A DNA stretch of 64,000 nt from Euryarchaeota archaeon UBA125 (GCA_002502625.1 DAPV01000035.1:6279-70278), one strand, 5' to 3'. Shown: positions 20,654-29,035, counted from the stretch's first letter. A program made the numbers and translations. Notes: generated by a model from the sequence alone, not told the origin.

Positions 20654-21091
20654 ATGGGGGCGGAAAACCAGGTAGGTCAGTTCCACATCCAAGATTTTCT
20701 TGATCAGATTGCTAACCTCGACTTAGACCCTCGAATTCAATCTTGGTATACAGTGGATGTTACAGCAATGTTGGGTGAAACTAATATTGTTCATCATGAG
20801 ATAAATGATGAAACTGGATGTTCTCTAATTTTCCTCCCTAAAAGTATCATCCATTTCTGCCCCAATAATAGAAAGATGCAACATTATCCAAAGCATTTAG
20901 TCCATTGTTTTGTAGACCATAATGATAAGATTAAACAATCATCAGAAAATATCCCAGTATATTCTGCTGAAATTTTTTCTATTTCTCCGTCTAATGAACA
21001 TCTCAACTGGGCAGTACATACAAATTCGGAAACAGATATACCTGGATTACAAGCAAAAACGGCTCGTTGGCTCAAATATCTCAATACATGA
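20654..21091 (+). CDS. Hypothetical protein
   Basis: 145-aa ORF co-oriented with its neighbours. Confidence 0.65.
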   Translation: MGAENQVGQFHIQDFLDQIANLDLDPRIQSWYTVDVTAMLGETNIVHHEINDETGCSLIFLPKSIIHFCPNNRKMQHYPKHLVHCFVDHNDKIKQSSENIPVYSAEIFSISPSNEHLNWAVHTNSETDIPGLQAKTARWLKYLNT

Positions 21092-21132
21092 TTCTTCGTG
21101 TTATTCATGAACCTACGGCTAAAGCGAGTACC

Positions 21133-22383
21133 ATGGACGCTTACATTACAGGCTTGAATGCAAGATCTATTCTCGATTCTCGTGGTAATCCTACTGTCGA
21201 GGTTGATTGTTTCGTAAATGGTGCATTAGCTGGGAGGGCGGCTGTTCCCTCAGGTGCGAGTACAGGCAGTCATGAAGCTGTAGAACTTCGTGATGGAGGT
21301 AAACGGTGGATGGGCAAAGGTGTCGATAATGCAGTCCAAAATGTCATTGAAACAATTCAAGATGCGTTGGTGGGATTACGGGTTGATGATCAAACAACTA
21401 TTGATCAATGTATTTTAGATCTAGATGATTCTCCAAATAAGGCTAATATTGGTGCGAATGCAACATTGGGGGCATCTATGGCTTGCCTCCATGCTGGGGC
21501 AAATGTACACTCTCAACCACTTTGGAGATATATTGGAGGGTTGTCAGGTGGTTGCCTACCAGTTCCTTTGATGAATATTCTGAATGGTGGAGCGCATGCA
21601 GCAAGTGATGTCGATGTGCAAGAATTCATGGTTGTACCTCACGGATTCGATAGTTATCCTGAGGCTCTAAGAGCAGGTGTAGAAACTTATCATTCATTGA
21701 AATCTGTTCTAAAAGAACAGGGGCTGCTTGGAGGAATAGGAGATGAAGGTGGGTTCGCTCCAAATCTTCCTTCTAACGAAATTGGGCTTAGTTTGTTATC
21801 TGAAGCCATTGAACGTGCTGGCTATTCACCTGGTGATGAATTAGGAATAGCATTGGATGTCGCTGCGCAAGAATTTCTTCATGATGATGGATACCATATG
21901 GATGGTGAAGTGCTTAGTGGAGAAAGTTTAGTTGAAACCTACGCAAGGTGGGCTGATGAACATCCAATCATTTCTATTGAAGATCCATTTGGTGAAGATG
22001 ACTGGAATTCTTGGTCATCATTGACTAGAGAAATAGGAGATAGAGTTCAAATTGTAGGCGATGATCTATTTGTAACGAATGTTAATCGATTAAGTGATGG
22101 AATTGAACGCCGATCTGCGAATGCTATTCTAATCAAACCAAATCAAATAGGAACAATAACTGAAACTCTTGAATGCATAGAAATGGCAAAAAGCAATGGG
22201 TTAGGTACAATCATGAGTCATCGATCTGGAGAAACTAGTGATGATACAATTGCTGATTTGGCAGTTGGATCGAGAACTGGTCAAATAAAAACTGGAGCGC
22301 CTGCTCGATCTGATAGAACTTCAAAATACAATCAATTACTCCGAATTTCAGAAACATGTGGAGAATTCCTTCCCCCATTCTAA
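21133..22383 (+). CDS. eno: Enolase
   Basis: ILDSRGNPTVE, VPSGASTG..EA.ELRD, NGGAHA, GDEGGFAP, VGDDLFVTN, KPNQIG, SHRSGET and GQIKTG motifs. Confidence 0.98.
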   Translation: MDAYITGLNARSILDSRGNPTVEVDCFVNGALAGRAAVPSGASTGSHEAVELRDGGKRWMGKGVDNAVQNVIETIQDALVGLRVDDQTTIDQCILDLDDSPNKANIGANATLGASMACLHAGANVHSQPLWRYIGGLSGGCLPVPLMNILNGGAHAASDVDVQEFMVVPHGFDSYPEALRAGVETYHSLKSVLKEQGLLGGIGDEGGFAPNLPSNEIGLSLLSEAIERAGYSPGDELGIALDVAAQEFLHDDGYHMDGEVLSGESLVETYARWADEHPIISIEDPFGEDDWNSWSSLTREIGDRVQIVGDDLFVTNVNRLSDGIERRSANAILIKPNQIGTITETLECIEMAKSNGLGTIMSHRSGETSDDTIADLAVGSRTGQIKTGAPARSDRTSKYNQLLRISETCGEFLPPF

Positions 22384-22390
22384 TCGTGAT

Positions 22391-23521
22391 TCATATCAAC
22401 CATGATTTGAGACGTTTGATTCCTTCAATAATTTGGCTTTCATCAGTTGCGTATGATACTCGAACATGGCCCTCTCCTCCTTGAATTAAAGAACCTGGAA
22501 TTAATTGTACTCGTGCTTCTGATAATGCTTTATCTGCAAATTCAATTGCATTCATTCCGGTTCCAGTTATATCAATAAAAGCATAAAATGCACCTTCGGG
22601 AGATCGAAGATTTAATCCAGGAAGTGCATCTATTCCTTCACACAATATTGCTCTTCTTTTGAGATAATGTTCACAAAATTCATTCACAGTTTCATCTTGT
22701 TCTAAAGCAACTTCTGCTGCAGGCATCAAGAATGTAGGGACATGAGAATTGGCATTTGCCTGACATGCAAATGCAGCACTCATTGCATCTTCTGGTCCGC
22801 TTAATACTCCAAGCCTCCATCCAGTCATTGCGAAGGATTTAGAAAAGCCAGTTACTACTAATGTTCTATCTTTACCTCCTTGTAATGATGCAGGCGAAAC
22901 GTGTGGCCACTCACTCCAAACTAGGCGTGCATAAATCTCGTCACTAATGATCCAAAGGTCATGTTCAACAGCTAAATCTACAATCGCTTGGATTTCTTCA
23001 GGGGTATATACAGCTCCAGTAGGATTATTCGGAGAATTAATTAGTATACAACGGGTTTTTGTGGTGATTGAATCTCTCATATTTTCTAAATCTGGATGGA
23101 AATTTTCGTTTGTTGCAGTAAATACTGGTTTAATTCCTAATAATGCTGCTTGGCCATCATATGTTGGCCATGCTGGTGAAGGAACTAGCATCTCGTCACC
23201 TGATTCCATAGTTACCATCATCGCATAAAGCAAGGCCTGTTTTGCACCAGGAGTAACCATTACTGACTCTGGAGTTGATGTTAAATTCCATAAACGGTTT
23301 AGTTGTTCAGATATTTTAGTACAAAGTTCAATCGAACCAGGACCTCTCGTGTAATGAGTTTCGCCCCTTTCAAGAGATGCAATTGCTGCATCTACTACCG
23401 GCCGGGGTGTATCAAAACCTGGCTCTCCAACAGTCCACCTGACAACATCTTCAGGCGGTTTGATGAGGTAAGGGGAGAAGCCTACGCCAAGCCCTGTAAA
23501 GCGTGATGGGACTGATGGCAT
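22391..23521 (-). CDS. PLP-dependent aminotransferase class I/II (aspartate aminotransferase-like)
   Basis: GEP.F.TP, GAKQAL, NSPNNPTG, SDEIY and GFSKSFAMTGWRLG (PLP Lys). Confidence 0.93.
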   Translation of the reverse strand: MPSVPSRFTGLGVGFSPYLIKPPEDVVRWTVGEPGFDTPRPVVDAAIASLERGETHYTRGPGSIELCTKISEQLNRLWNLTSTPESVMVTPGAKQALLYAMMVTMESGDEMLVPSPAWPTYDGQAALLGIKPVFTATNENFHPDLENMRDSITTKTRCILINSPNNPTGAVYTPEEIQAIVDLAVEHDLWIISDEIYARLVWSEWPHVSPASLQGGKDRTLVVTGFSKSFAMTGWRLGVLSGPEDAMSAAFACQANANSHVPTFLMPAAEVALEQDETVNEFCEHYLKRRAILCEGIDALPGLNLRSPEGAFYAFIDITGTGMNAIEFADKALSEARVQLIPGSLIQGGEGHVRVSYATDESQIIEGIKRLKSWLI

Positions 23522-23631
23522 GTAAGTGCCATACACAGGTCGTTTATGTCTTTACTCCGTTAATCTCGACGAAAAACATCGAAGCGAAACTTTGACTGCT
23601 TGTCGAGAACTCGAAGGGGTTGGGGAGATAC

Positions 23632-24021
23632 ATGTCTGAGATACCAAATGAACTTAGATACACGAAAGAGCATGAATGGATACGCTTAGATGGGGATGCT
23701 GTAGTTGTTGGAATTACAGATTATGCTCAGAATGCTTTGACTGATGTGGTATGGGTAGAGATGGATCCGGATTTAGAAGGTACTGATGTAGCAGAAATGG
23801 AATCTTTCTGTTCTGTTGAATCCACAAAATCAGTTAGTGAAATATATTCACCTGTATCTGGAACTATTTTAGAATTCAACATGTCATTAGAAGATGCTCC
23901 AGAACAACTCAATCAATCCCCATATCAAGATGGTTGGATTGCAAAAATTAAACCCCATAATTTAGATGATATCGATAATCTCCTCGATGCTGAAGCTTAT
24001 TCCAATGTTGTTGGAGAGTGA
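23632..24021 (+). CDS. gcvH: Glycine cleavage system H protein
   Basis: YTKEHEW, VGITDYAQ..L, VESTKSVSEIYSPVSG (lipoyl Lys) and N..PY.DGW motifs. Confidence 0.96.
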   Translation: MSEIPNELRYTKEHEWIRLDGDAVVVGITDYAQNALTDVVWVEMDPDLEGTDVAEMESFCSVESTKSVSEIYSPVSGTILEFNMSLEDAPEQLNQSPYQDGWIAKIKPHNLDDIDNLLDAEAYSNVVGE

Positions 24022-24575
24022 TTAATTACGTGGAGGGTGAATCTTCTCCACCCATTTCGATTTATGTTGATGGATCGTGTATTGAGAACCGAAATGTTGG
24101 TCCAGACACAGCCGCAGGTTGGGGCTTTCTAGTTGTTACTGGTGACAGAGGATTGGGAAAAGGAACTGGGGATGTCGTCTATGAAGAAGCGGGTAAAGTA
24201 GTAACTAATAAAGACAAAAATGAGTGGATTGGGGCTGAAGTAGGATCAAATAATACTGCAGAATTATCCGCTATGATCTATGCTCTAAGGTGGGTAATTA
24301 CTCGATGCCCAAACGTACCAGTCACCATTAGAGGTGATTCCATGTATGCACTCAGAATTACAGATGGTTCATGGAAAGCAAAAGAAAACAAATTGTTAGC
24401 AAATAAGGCACAAGAAATTTGGAAAGAAGCAGAAAAATTAGTTGATATCAAATTAGCTCATATCAAAGCACATACAGGACATAGATGGAATGAAAGAGCA
24501 GATCATCTAGCGTTCAGAGTTCAATCCGATCAAGTAGCAATACCGCTCCAATTTTGGAAACCCGGACAAAGGTAG
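24018..24575 (+). CDS. rnhA: Ribonuclease HI
   Basis: YVDGS, NNTAEL, GDS.Y and HIKAH.G..WNERAD.LA (DEDD catalytic set). Confidence 0.9.
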   Translation: MINYVEGESSPPISIYVDGSCIENRNVGPDTAAGWGFLVVTGDRGLGKGTGDVVYEEAGKVVTNKDKNEWIGAEVGSNNTAELSAMIYALRWVITRCPNVPVTIRGDSMYALRITDGSWKAKENKLLANKAQEIWKEAEKLVDIKLAHIKAHTGHRWNERADHLAFRVQSDQVAIPLQFWKPGQR

Positions 24576-25007
24576 TCATTCTTCCTCATCCGATAGTCCA
24601 CTAACAAAAACTAGTCTAGCATATATCGCCATCAACATCATCAACATTCCAGATACAGTCAATATCAAGGATGTTGGCTCTGCAAATAATGATTGAAGCA
24701 TTGAGTTCCCAATTAACCAAGATAACATTAATGTCGCAATACTAGCAAGTAATATTCTAGAGATTGATCGGTGCGGTTTGGACCAGAGATGAAGAGCGGG
24801 AATTAATCCGTGGAAGCCGAAAGTTCTAGCATACCATGCTCGATAAAGTAGTGTAAGGCCAATTAGCCCTAAAACACCCCTAGTGAAATCTACATCACCC
24901 CATGGGCCTGCGAATCCAACACCAAAAGAAAGTGTATTTAGAACCAAAATCAAGCCAATTAGAACTTCAAAACGGATATCAATCGGTTCAAATGGATGTT
25001 GGCCCAT
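24576..25007 (-). CDS. Hypothetical membrane protein (4 TM)
   Basis: Highly hydrophobic 143-aa ORF. Confidence 0.7.
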   Translation of the reverse strand: MGQHPFEPIDIRFEVLIGLILVLNTLSFGVGFAGPWGDVDFTRGVLGLIGLTLLYRAWYARTFGFHGLIPALHLWSKPHRSISRILLASIATLMLSWLIGNSMLQSLFAEPTSLILTVSGMLMMLMAIYARLVFVSGLSDEEE

Positions 25008-25088
25008 ATATGCTGGATACCAACTAGATTCATGATTTCATCGATTGATTTTGTCGGATTTATATCCCCTGCGTATATTCTAGTAGTT

Positions 25089-25958
25089 ATGGACGAAGGT
25101 GGTTTGCAAATACATATTGTTGGAGCGGGTGGAATCGGATCAAATTTAATTGCATTATTACTGCCCTCATTAAGAAACGGAATTATTGCTAATCAATTGG
25201 GTGGAATCTCTTTCCATCTACATGATGCAGATATGGTAGAAGAAAAAAATTTGGTGCACCAACGTTTTACAGAGTCGCATATTAACATGCCTAAAGTCGA
25301 TGCTTTGGCTATGGAATTTAATTTAATTCATCCAAATGTACGTGTTATAGGACATTCAACCAATCTTAGATCTTCTGAGCCTCTTAGAAATGCAAATATC
25401 ATAATAGTAGCTGTGGATAGACCCGAGCCACGCAGAATTGTACATTCTCTAAGAAATGTAGAATGGTATGATTTGAGATGTGGACTTGATTCATGTCTCG
25501 TACTCACTCATGAAACTCATCTTGATGATATAGAAAGATTGACTCCTGAACACAAACCAGCTAGCTGTCAACCAGATGGTGCTATTGAAAGTGGTAATAT
25601 TCAATTTGGTTCTGCTTTAGCAGGAACATTTGGTGCCAATATCATTCTGAGGTCACTCATGAATAGAATAGGTAACAAAACGAATATCCCTGGTCCCGTT
25701 TGTTTTTCGATGGACATGGGAATGATACCTGTTTTCATACAAACAAAAAATACAGTTCCATTTAGTCAACAGCCACCAAAACGTCCTACTCATCTATGGT
25801 CAGAAAAAGAAGATGTGCAATTGCTTGAACAAGCAAAAAGGGGGTTAACTCTGGAAAGAGTTGCGAGTCATCATCAAAGATCTCCTGGGGCAATTTGGCA
25901 TAGACTTCTAAAAATTACAGGAATAAGAAAAGCATTAGATTCTGAGGCAGGTGAGTAA
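25089..25958 (+). CDS. ThiF/MoeB/E1-like adenylyltransferase with C-terminal Myb/HTH-like domain
   Basis: IVGAGGIGS, D.D.VE..NL..QRF......K and AVD...RR motifs; Cys in PASCQ; C-terminal WSEKEDVQLL.....G.T...VA....RS.GAI..RL. Confidence 0.88.
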   Translation: MDEGGLQIHIVGAGGIGSNLIALLLPSLRNGIIANQLGGISFHLHDADMVEEKNLVHQRFTESHINMPKVDALAMEFNLIHPNVRVIGHSTNLRSSEPLRNANIIIVAVDRPEPRRIVHSLRNVEWYDLRCGLDSCLVLTHETHLDDIERLTPEHKPASCQPDGAIESGNIQFGSALAGTFGANIILRSLMNRIGNKTNIPGPVCFSMDMGMIPVFIQTKNTVPFSQQPPKRPTHLWSEKEDVQLLEQAKRGLTLERVASHHQRSPGAIWHRLLKITGIRKALDSEAGE

Positions 25959-26435
25959 ATGGAACTTTCTTCAAATTCAGTACTAAAAATGTGTGAGAAA
26001 ATTCAAAGTGGGAAAGCTAAGGATGTCGAAATAAAGCAAATTCTAGTTGAACTTGGAAATCAAAAAAGATGGGCAGAAATGTGGGGTATTAGTCATGCCC
26101 TTAGAGTAGAAATAAGTTGGATTAAAGATGCTAAAAATGATGTTTGGGTAGATATTGGAACTGCTGGTGAGGTCACGTTAAATCCGCCAATCGGTGCTCA
26201 ACTACCGTTTCAATTATGGATTCATACTCATCCATGGAATGCATATTGGAGTATTACCGACCTTCGAACATTAGCAAAGTTTTGTGGTCTGATTCAAGAA
26301 GCATTGGTTTTAGGGCATGATCATAGTAAGCATACAGTATGTAAGTTACCATTTGGTCATTCATTAGAAGAGGGTGTAGAACCCCTATCAACTTGGACCG
26401 ACGAACCATGTATTCCCTATGAGGTATCAAAATGA
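25959..26435 (+). CDS. JAB/MPN+ domain metallopeptidase
   Basis: Upstream Glu (RVEIS) plus WIHTHP...YWS.TD (H-x-H-x6-S-x2-D); abuts the E1 stop codon with GGTGA SD-like sequence upstream. Confidence 0.85.
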   Translation: MELSSNSVLKMCEKIQSGKAKDVEIKQILVELGNQKRWAEMWGISHALRVEISWIKDAKNDVWVDIGTAGEVTLNPPIGAQLPFQLWIHTHPWNAYWSITDLRTLAKFCGLIQEALVLGHDHSKHTVCKLPFGHSLEEGVEPLSTWTDEPCIPYEVSK

Positions 26436-26671
26436 AAATTCGAATTCCTGATGATGATGAAGGTAAAGACATTCGTAACATAATTGTGGGAAACGATATT
26501 GGAATTGGTTTGAAGAAGTGGCTAAAAATGCAGATGGATATTGAAGCGGATGATGCATTAATAGATGCATTGATCATGTATTTCGAAGCATGTAAACTAG
26601 CTGGACTAGAATTTGTAGATATTGAAGAGGCCATCATATCACATAATAAATGGCAAAATGATTCTATGTAG
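26432..26671 (+). CDS. Small acidic helical hypothetical protein
   Basis: ATGA overlap with the JAB stop and GAGGT SD upstream; 79 aa. Confidence 0.7.
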   Translation: MKIRIPDDDEGKDIRNIIVGNDIGIGLKKWLKMQMDIEADDALIDALIMYFEACKLAGLEFVDIEEAIISHNKWQNDSM

Positions 26672-26736
26672 TTTGGACCTTAGTATAAGTAGTCCCTAGA
26701 AAGATATTCAAATATGGTGTCGATTAGTGAATAATT

Positions 26737-27345
26737 GTGTCAAACAAGTATCCAGTTGAAATCGAACGGAAATTTTTGGTTCATTGTATTCCAATAAACC
26801 TTCAAAATAGTACTCATCTGAGACAATGGTACATTCCTTCATCGTTGATTGAATATAAAAATAAAATTACCCTAAATGAATTAGAATTAGTTTCAGAAGT
26901 AAAAAATGAATGGCAAAGTAAGGTTCGTGAATTAATCAACCTTGAAAATACTACAATTCGGATACGAATAGATAACAAGTCTGCAATTCTATGTATCAAA
27001 GGAAAAACAAAAGGAATTTCTAGAATGGAATTTGAATGGGAATTGCAAAATTATTCAGTTATAGAAGAATTACTTGTAGAATCAAATTGGCCCATGGTGG
27101 AAAAACAGCGATGGGAGATAATAGCAGAAGATGGGCATTTGTGGGAATTAGATCAGTTTCTAGGATTGAATGAGGGGTTATGGCTCACTGAAATTGAGCT
27201 TGCTAATGAAAATGATGATTTCGTATGTCCTAATTGGGTTGGTTCAGATGTTTCTCAAGATCGAAGGTTTTCATCAAAACAGTTGGCTAAAAATCCGTAT
27301 GTTGAATTCAAAGAAGATCAATTAAGACCACTGAGAAAATGTTAA
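26737..27345 (+). CDS. CYTH domain (triphosphate tunnel metalloenzyme / class IV adenylyl cyclase family) protein
   Basis: EIERKFLV (ExExK), RIR, KG....SR.EFE, K.R, WELD.F.G.N.GL.L.EIEL and P.WVG.DVS.D.R motifs. Confidence 0.9.
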   Translation: MSNKYPVEIERKFLVHCIPINLQNSTHLRQWYIPSSLIEYKNKITLNELELVSEVKNEWQSKVRELINLENTTIRIRIDNKSAILCIKGKTKGISRMEFEWELQNYSVIEELLVESNWPMVEKQRWEIIAEDGHLWELDQFLGLNEGLWLTEIELANENDDFVCPNWVGSDVSQDRRFSSKQLAKNPYVEFKEDQLRPLRKC

Positions 27346-27349
27346 TTTT

Positions 27350-27367
27350 GAAGGGTTTAAATACCCT
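27350..27367 (+). promoter_or_regulatory. Putative BRE/TATA promoter for the TFB-like gene, embedded in a palindrome
   Basis: GAAGGG-TTTAAATA (TATA at 27356-27363), flanked by an AGGGT/ACCCT inverted repeat. Confidence 0.5.
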
Positions 27368-27512
27368 CGATACTAAATTACATTCCTGTTGAGAACTAAT
27401 CGATTTCTATAGGAATTGTAAGAAATTGGATTAGAAAATAGGATTCGAGGGAAAAGTTCAAGCACCTTACTCATCTGAATCCAATTTCCTGGCGGCGAAA
27501 AGAGGTGAACAT

Positions 27513-28646
27513 ATGGAGATAAAAGAGAATTGTATAGAATGTGGTAGCGATAAATTTGAACATGATGATGTAAGAGCTGAATATCATTGCACTATTTGTG
27601 GATGTATTGTTGAAGACCAATTAGATGATAATGTGACCCAATTCATGAATAGTGAAGGTCAGATAGAGAGAGAGATGAATTCTAACAGACTCGGAGGTGA
27701 TGAAACTAAAACATGGGCTTCCACAAGAGATGCTGCGGGCAGACCTGTTGTATACAATAGACAAAAGAGGTTGAGAAATAGTAGATTTGACAGAAATTCG
27801 AGGGCTGAAAGAACTTGGTTGAAAACTGATGTTGAGCGTTTTATCGATTCACCTAATATGCCAGGCTCTAGAACAATGAAGACTCTTGCAAAGAAGATTC
27901 TTGCCCAAACCCACTCTGTAGAGGAACACGAGAAAAGAAGAGGTAATTCTGTGATGTGGGAGGCAATGAAAAATGTGAATAATGGAGAAGATGTTCCTCT
28001 ACCACTCAATCAAACAAGACATGCTCAGAAAACTGGGAACGACGATACTAGAAATGGGAATTATTCAACAAGAATGGTAGCAATAGCTGTCATGAATATA
28101 GCCGCTAGAATTATGGGAATTGCTCTACCAACAAAGCAATTGTCGACTGCATTCGATGTTCGTCATGATCATTTGACTAGAGAGTCAATGAATATCACGA
28201 AATATCTTACAATTATTTGGAAAGCCGACAATTTGATTGTTGAACAAGGAAACCAGAGTCAGTCTCTACCTAGAATAGGAATTTCACCAGGAATGCTTAG
28301 CGAAGGAAGAACGTGGAGTGAAGAAGACATTCGTGCTGCTATTGATGAATTAAGACCTTCATTGGAAGAAAGATTTGGAACAATGACTGCCAGATTAATG
28401 ATTACAGAGATTTGGGCAATGCTAGAAGAAGCGAAAAGTCATGCTTATCTCTCAGGACAGAATATCAGATTAGTTACTGCAGGCCTAACTGTGCGTTCAA
28501 CAAAAGCAAGAGGACAATCAAGACTTAAGCAAAGAATTGCGGAATTGTTAGGAATTACCACAAATAGACTGAAAAGACTTGAGAAAGATTACAGTTTAGT
28601 CATTGATGGAATTTTCAATAATCATCATGTACCAACTGATGCATAA
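27513..28646 (+). CDS. Highly divergent TFB/TFIIB paralogue (Zn ribbon plus two degenerate cyclin folds)
   Basis: N-terminal CIECGS...D..R.E..C..CG.IVED aligns to the canonical TFB in this window. The C-terminus (SGQN.R.V.A...KQRIAELLGITTNRLKR) aligns to the cyclin-2 HTH. SD GAGGTGA at 27502-27508. Confidence 0.78.
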   Translation: MEIKENCIECGSDKFEHDDVRAEYHCTICGCIVEDQLDDNVTQFMNSEGQIEREMNSNRLGGDETKTWASTRDAAGRPVVYNRQKRLRNSRFDRNSRAERTWLKTDVERFIDSPNMPGSRTMKTLAKKILAQTHSVEEHEKRRGNSVMWEAMKNVNNGEDVPLPLNQTRHAQKTGNDDTRNGNYSTRMVAIAVMNIAARIMGIALPTKQLSTAFDVRHDHLTRESMNITKYLTIIWKADNLIVEQGNQSQSLPRIGISPGMLSEGRTWSEEDIRAAIDELRPSLEERFGTMTARLMITEIWAMLEEAKSHAYLSGQNIRLVTAGLTVRSTKARGQSRLKQRIAELLGITTNRLKRLEKDYSLVIDGIFNNHHVPTDA

Positions 28647-28735
28647 TATCTTGATTGATATACTCTGGAGATACTATACAGATGTCTTAGGACGTAAAAC
28701 GAATGATTTCGAACGCTAACAAGGAGGAAGAATAC

Positions 28736-28954
28736 ATGAGTAATATTACATTGCGCATCGTTAACGAATCTGGTGATACAATAATGAATTCTCTAAGTGA
28801 AGCCCAGCTTCGCCAAGAGATTTCTACACTCGACAATGAAAAGTGGATTTTTGTGGATGGTCGCATGGTCAACCGCAGTGAATTGGCTAATGTCGAGGTA
28901 GCAGACAATGCTACAGTAATCGTAACGCCAAAGATTGTTGCCGGGCGCGTCTGA
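28736..28954 (+). CDS. Ubiquitin-like (beta-grasp) small protein with C-terminal extension
   Basis: 72 aa with SD GGAGG at 28723-28727. Features: ITLRIVN..G strand-turn, helix, IFVDG, D.A.V.VTPKIVAG-RV (ThiS/MoaD/SAMP-like ending). Confidence 0.75.
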   Translation: MSNITLRIVNESGDTIMNSLSEAQLRQEISTLDNEKWIFVDGRMVNRSELANVEVADNATVIVTPKIVAGRV

Positions 28955-28998
28955 ACATCAATCTAAGCCCCTTAGGGCACATGGGCTTGTCCCAGTCC

Positions 28999-29035
28999 TC
29001 GATCAAGAAATCGATTCTTCCTTTTCTTTGATCGA
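28999..29035. terminator. Inverted repeat between convergent genes (putative terminator hairpin)
   Basis: TCGATCAAGAAA ... TTTCTTTGATCGA with one bulge; pyrimidine-rich on the + strand. Confidence 0.5.

Noticed and set aside
25089-28954. Canonical CBASS/Bil/Pycsar defence island, or a thiamine/molybdopterin sulfur-relay operon
   Set aside because: There is no CD-NTase, class III cyclase, recognisable E2 or known effector, and no thiG/moaE/rhodanese neighbours. It is reported as an unassigned Ubl system instead.
28952-28966. UGA readthrough/selenocysteine recoding at the Ubl stop, prompted by the downstream hairpins
   Set aside because: Readthrough would add only a few residues before an in-frame TAA.
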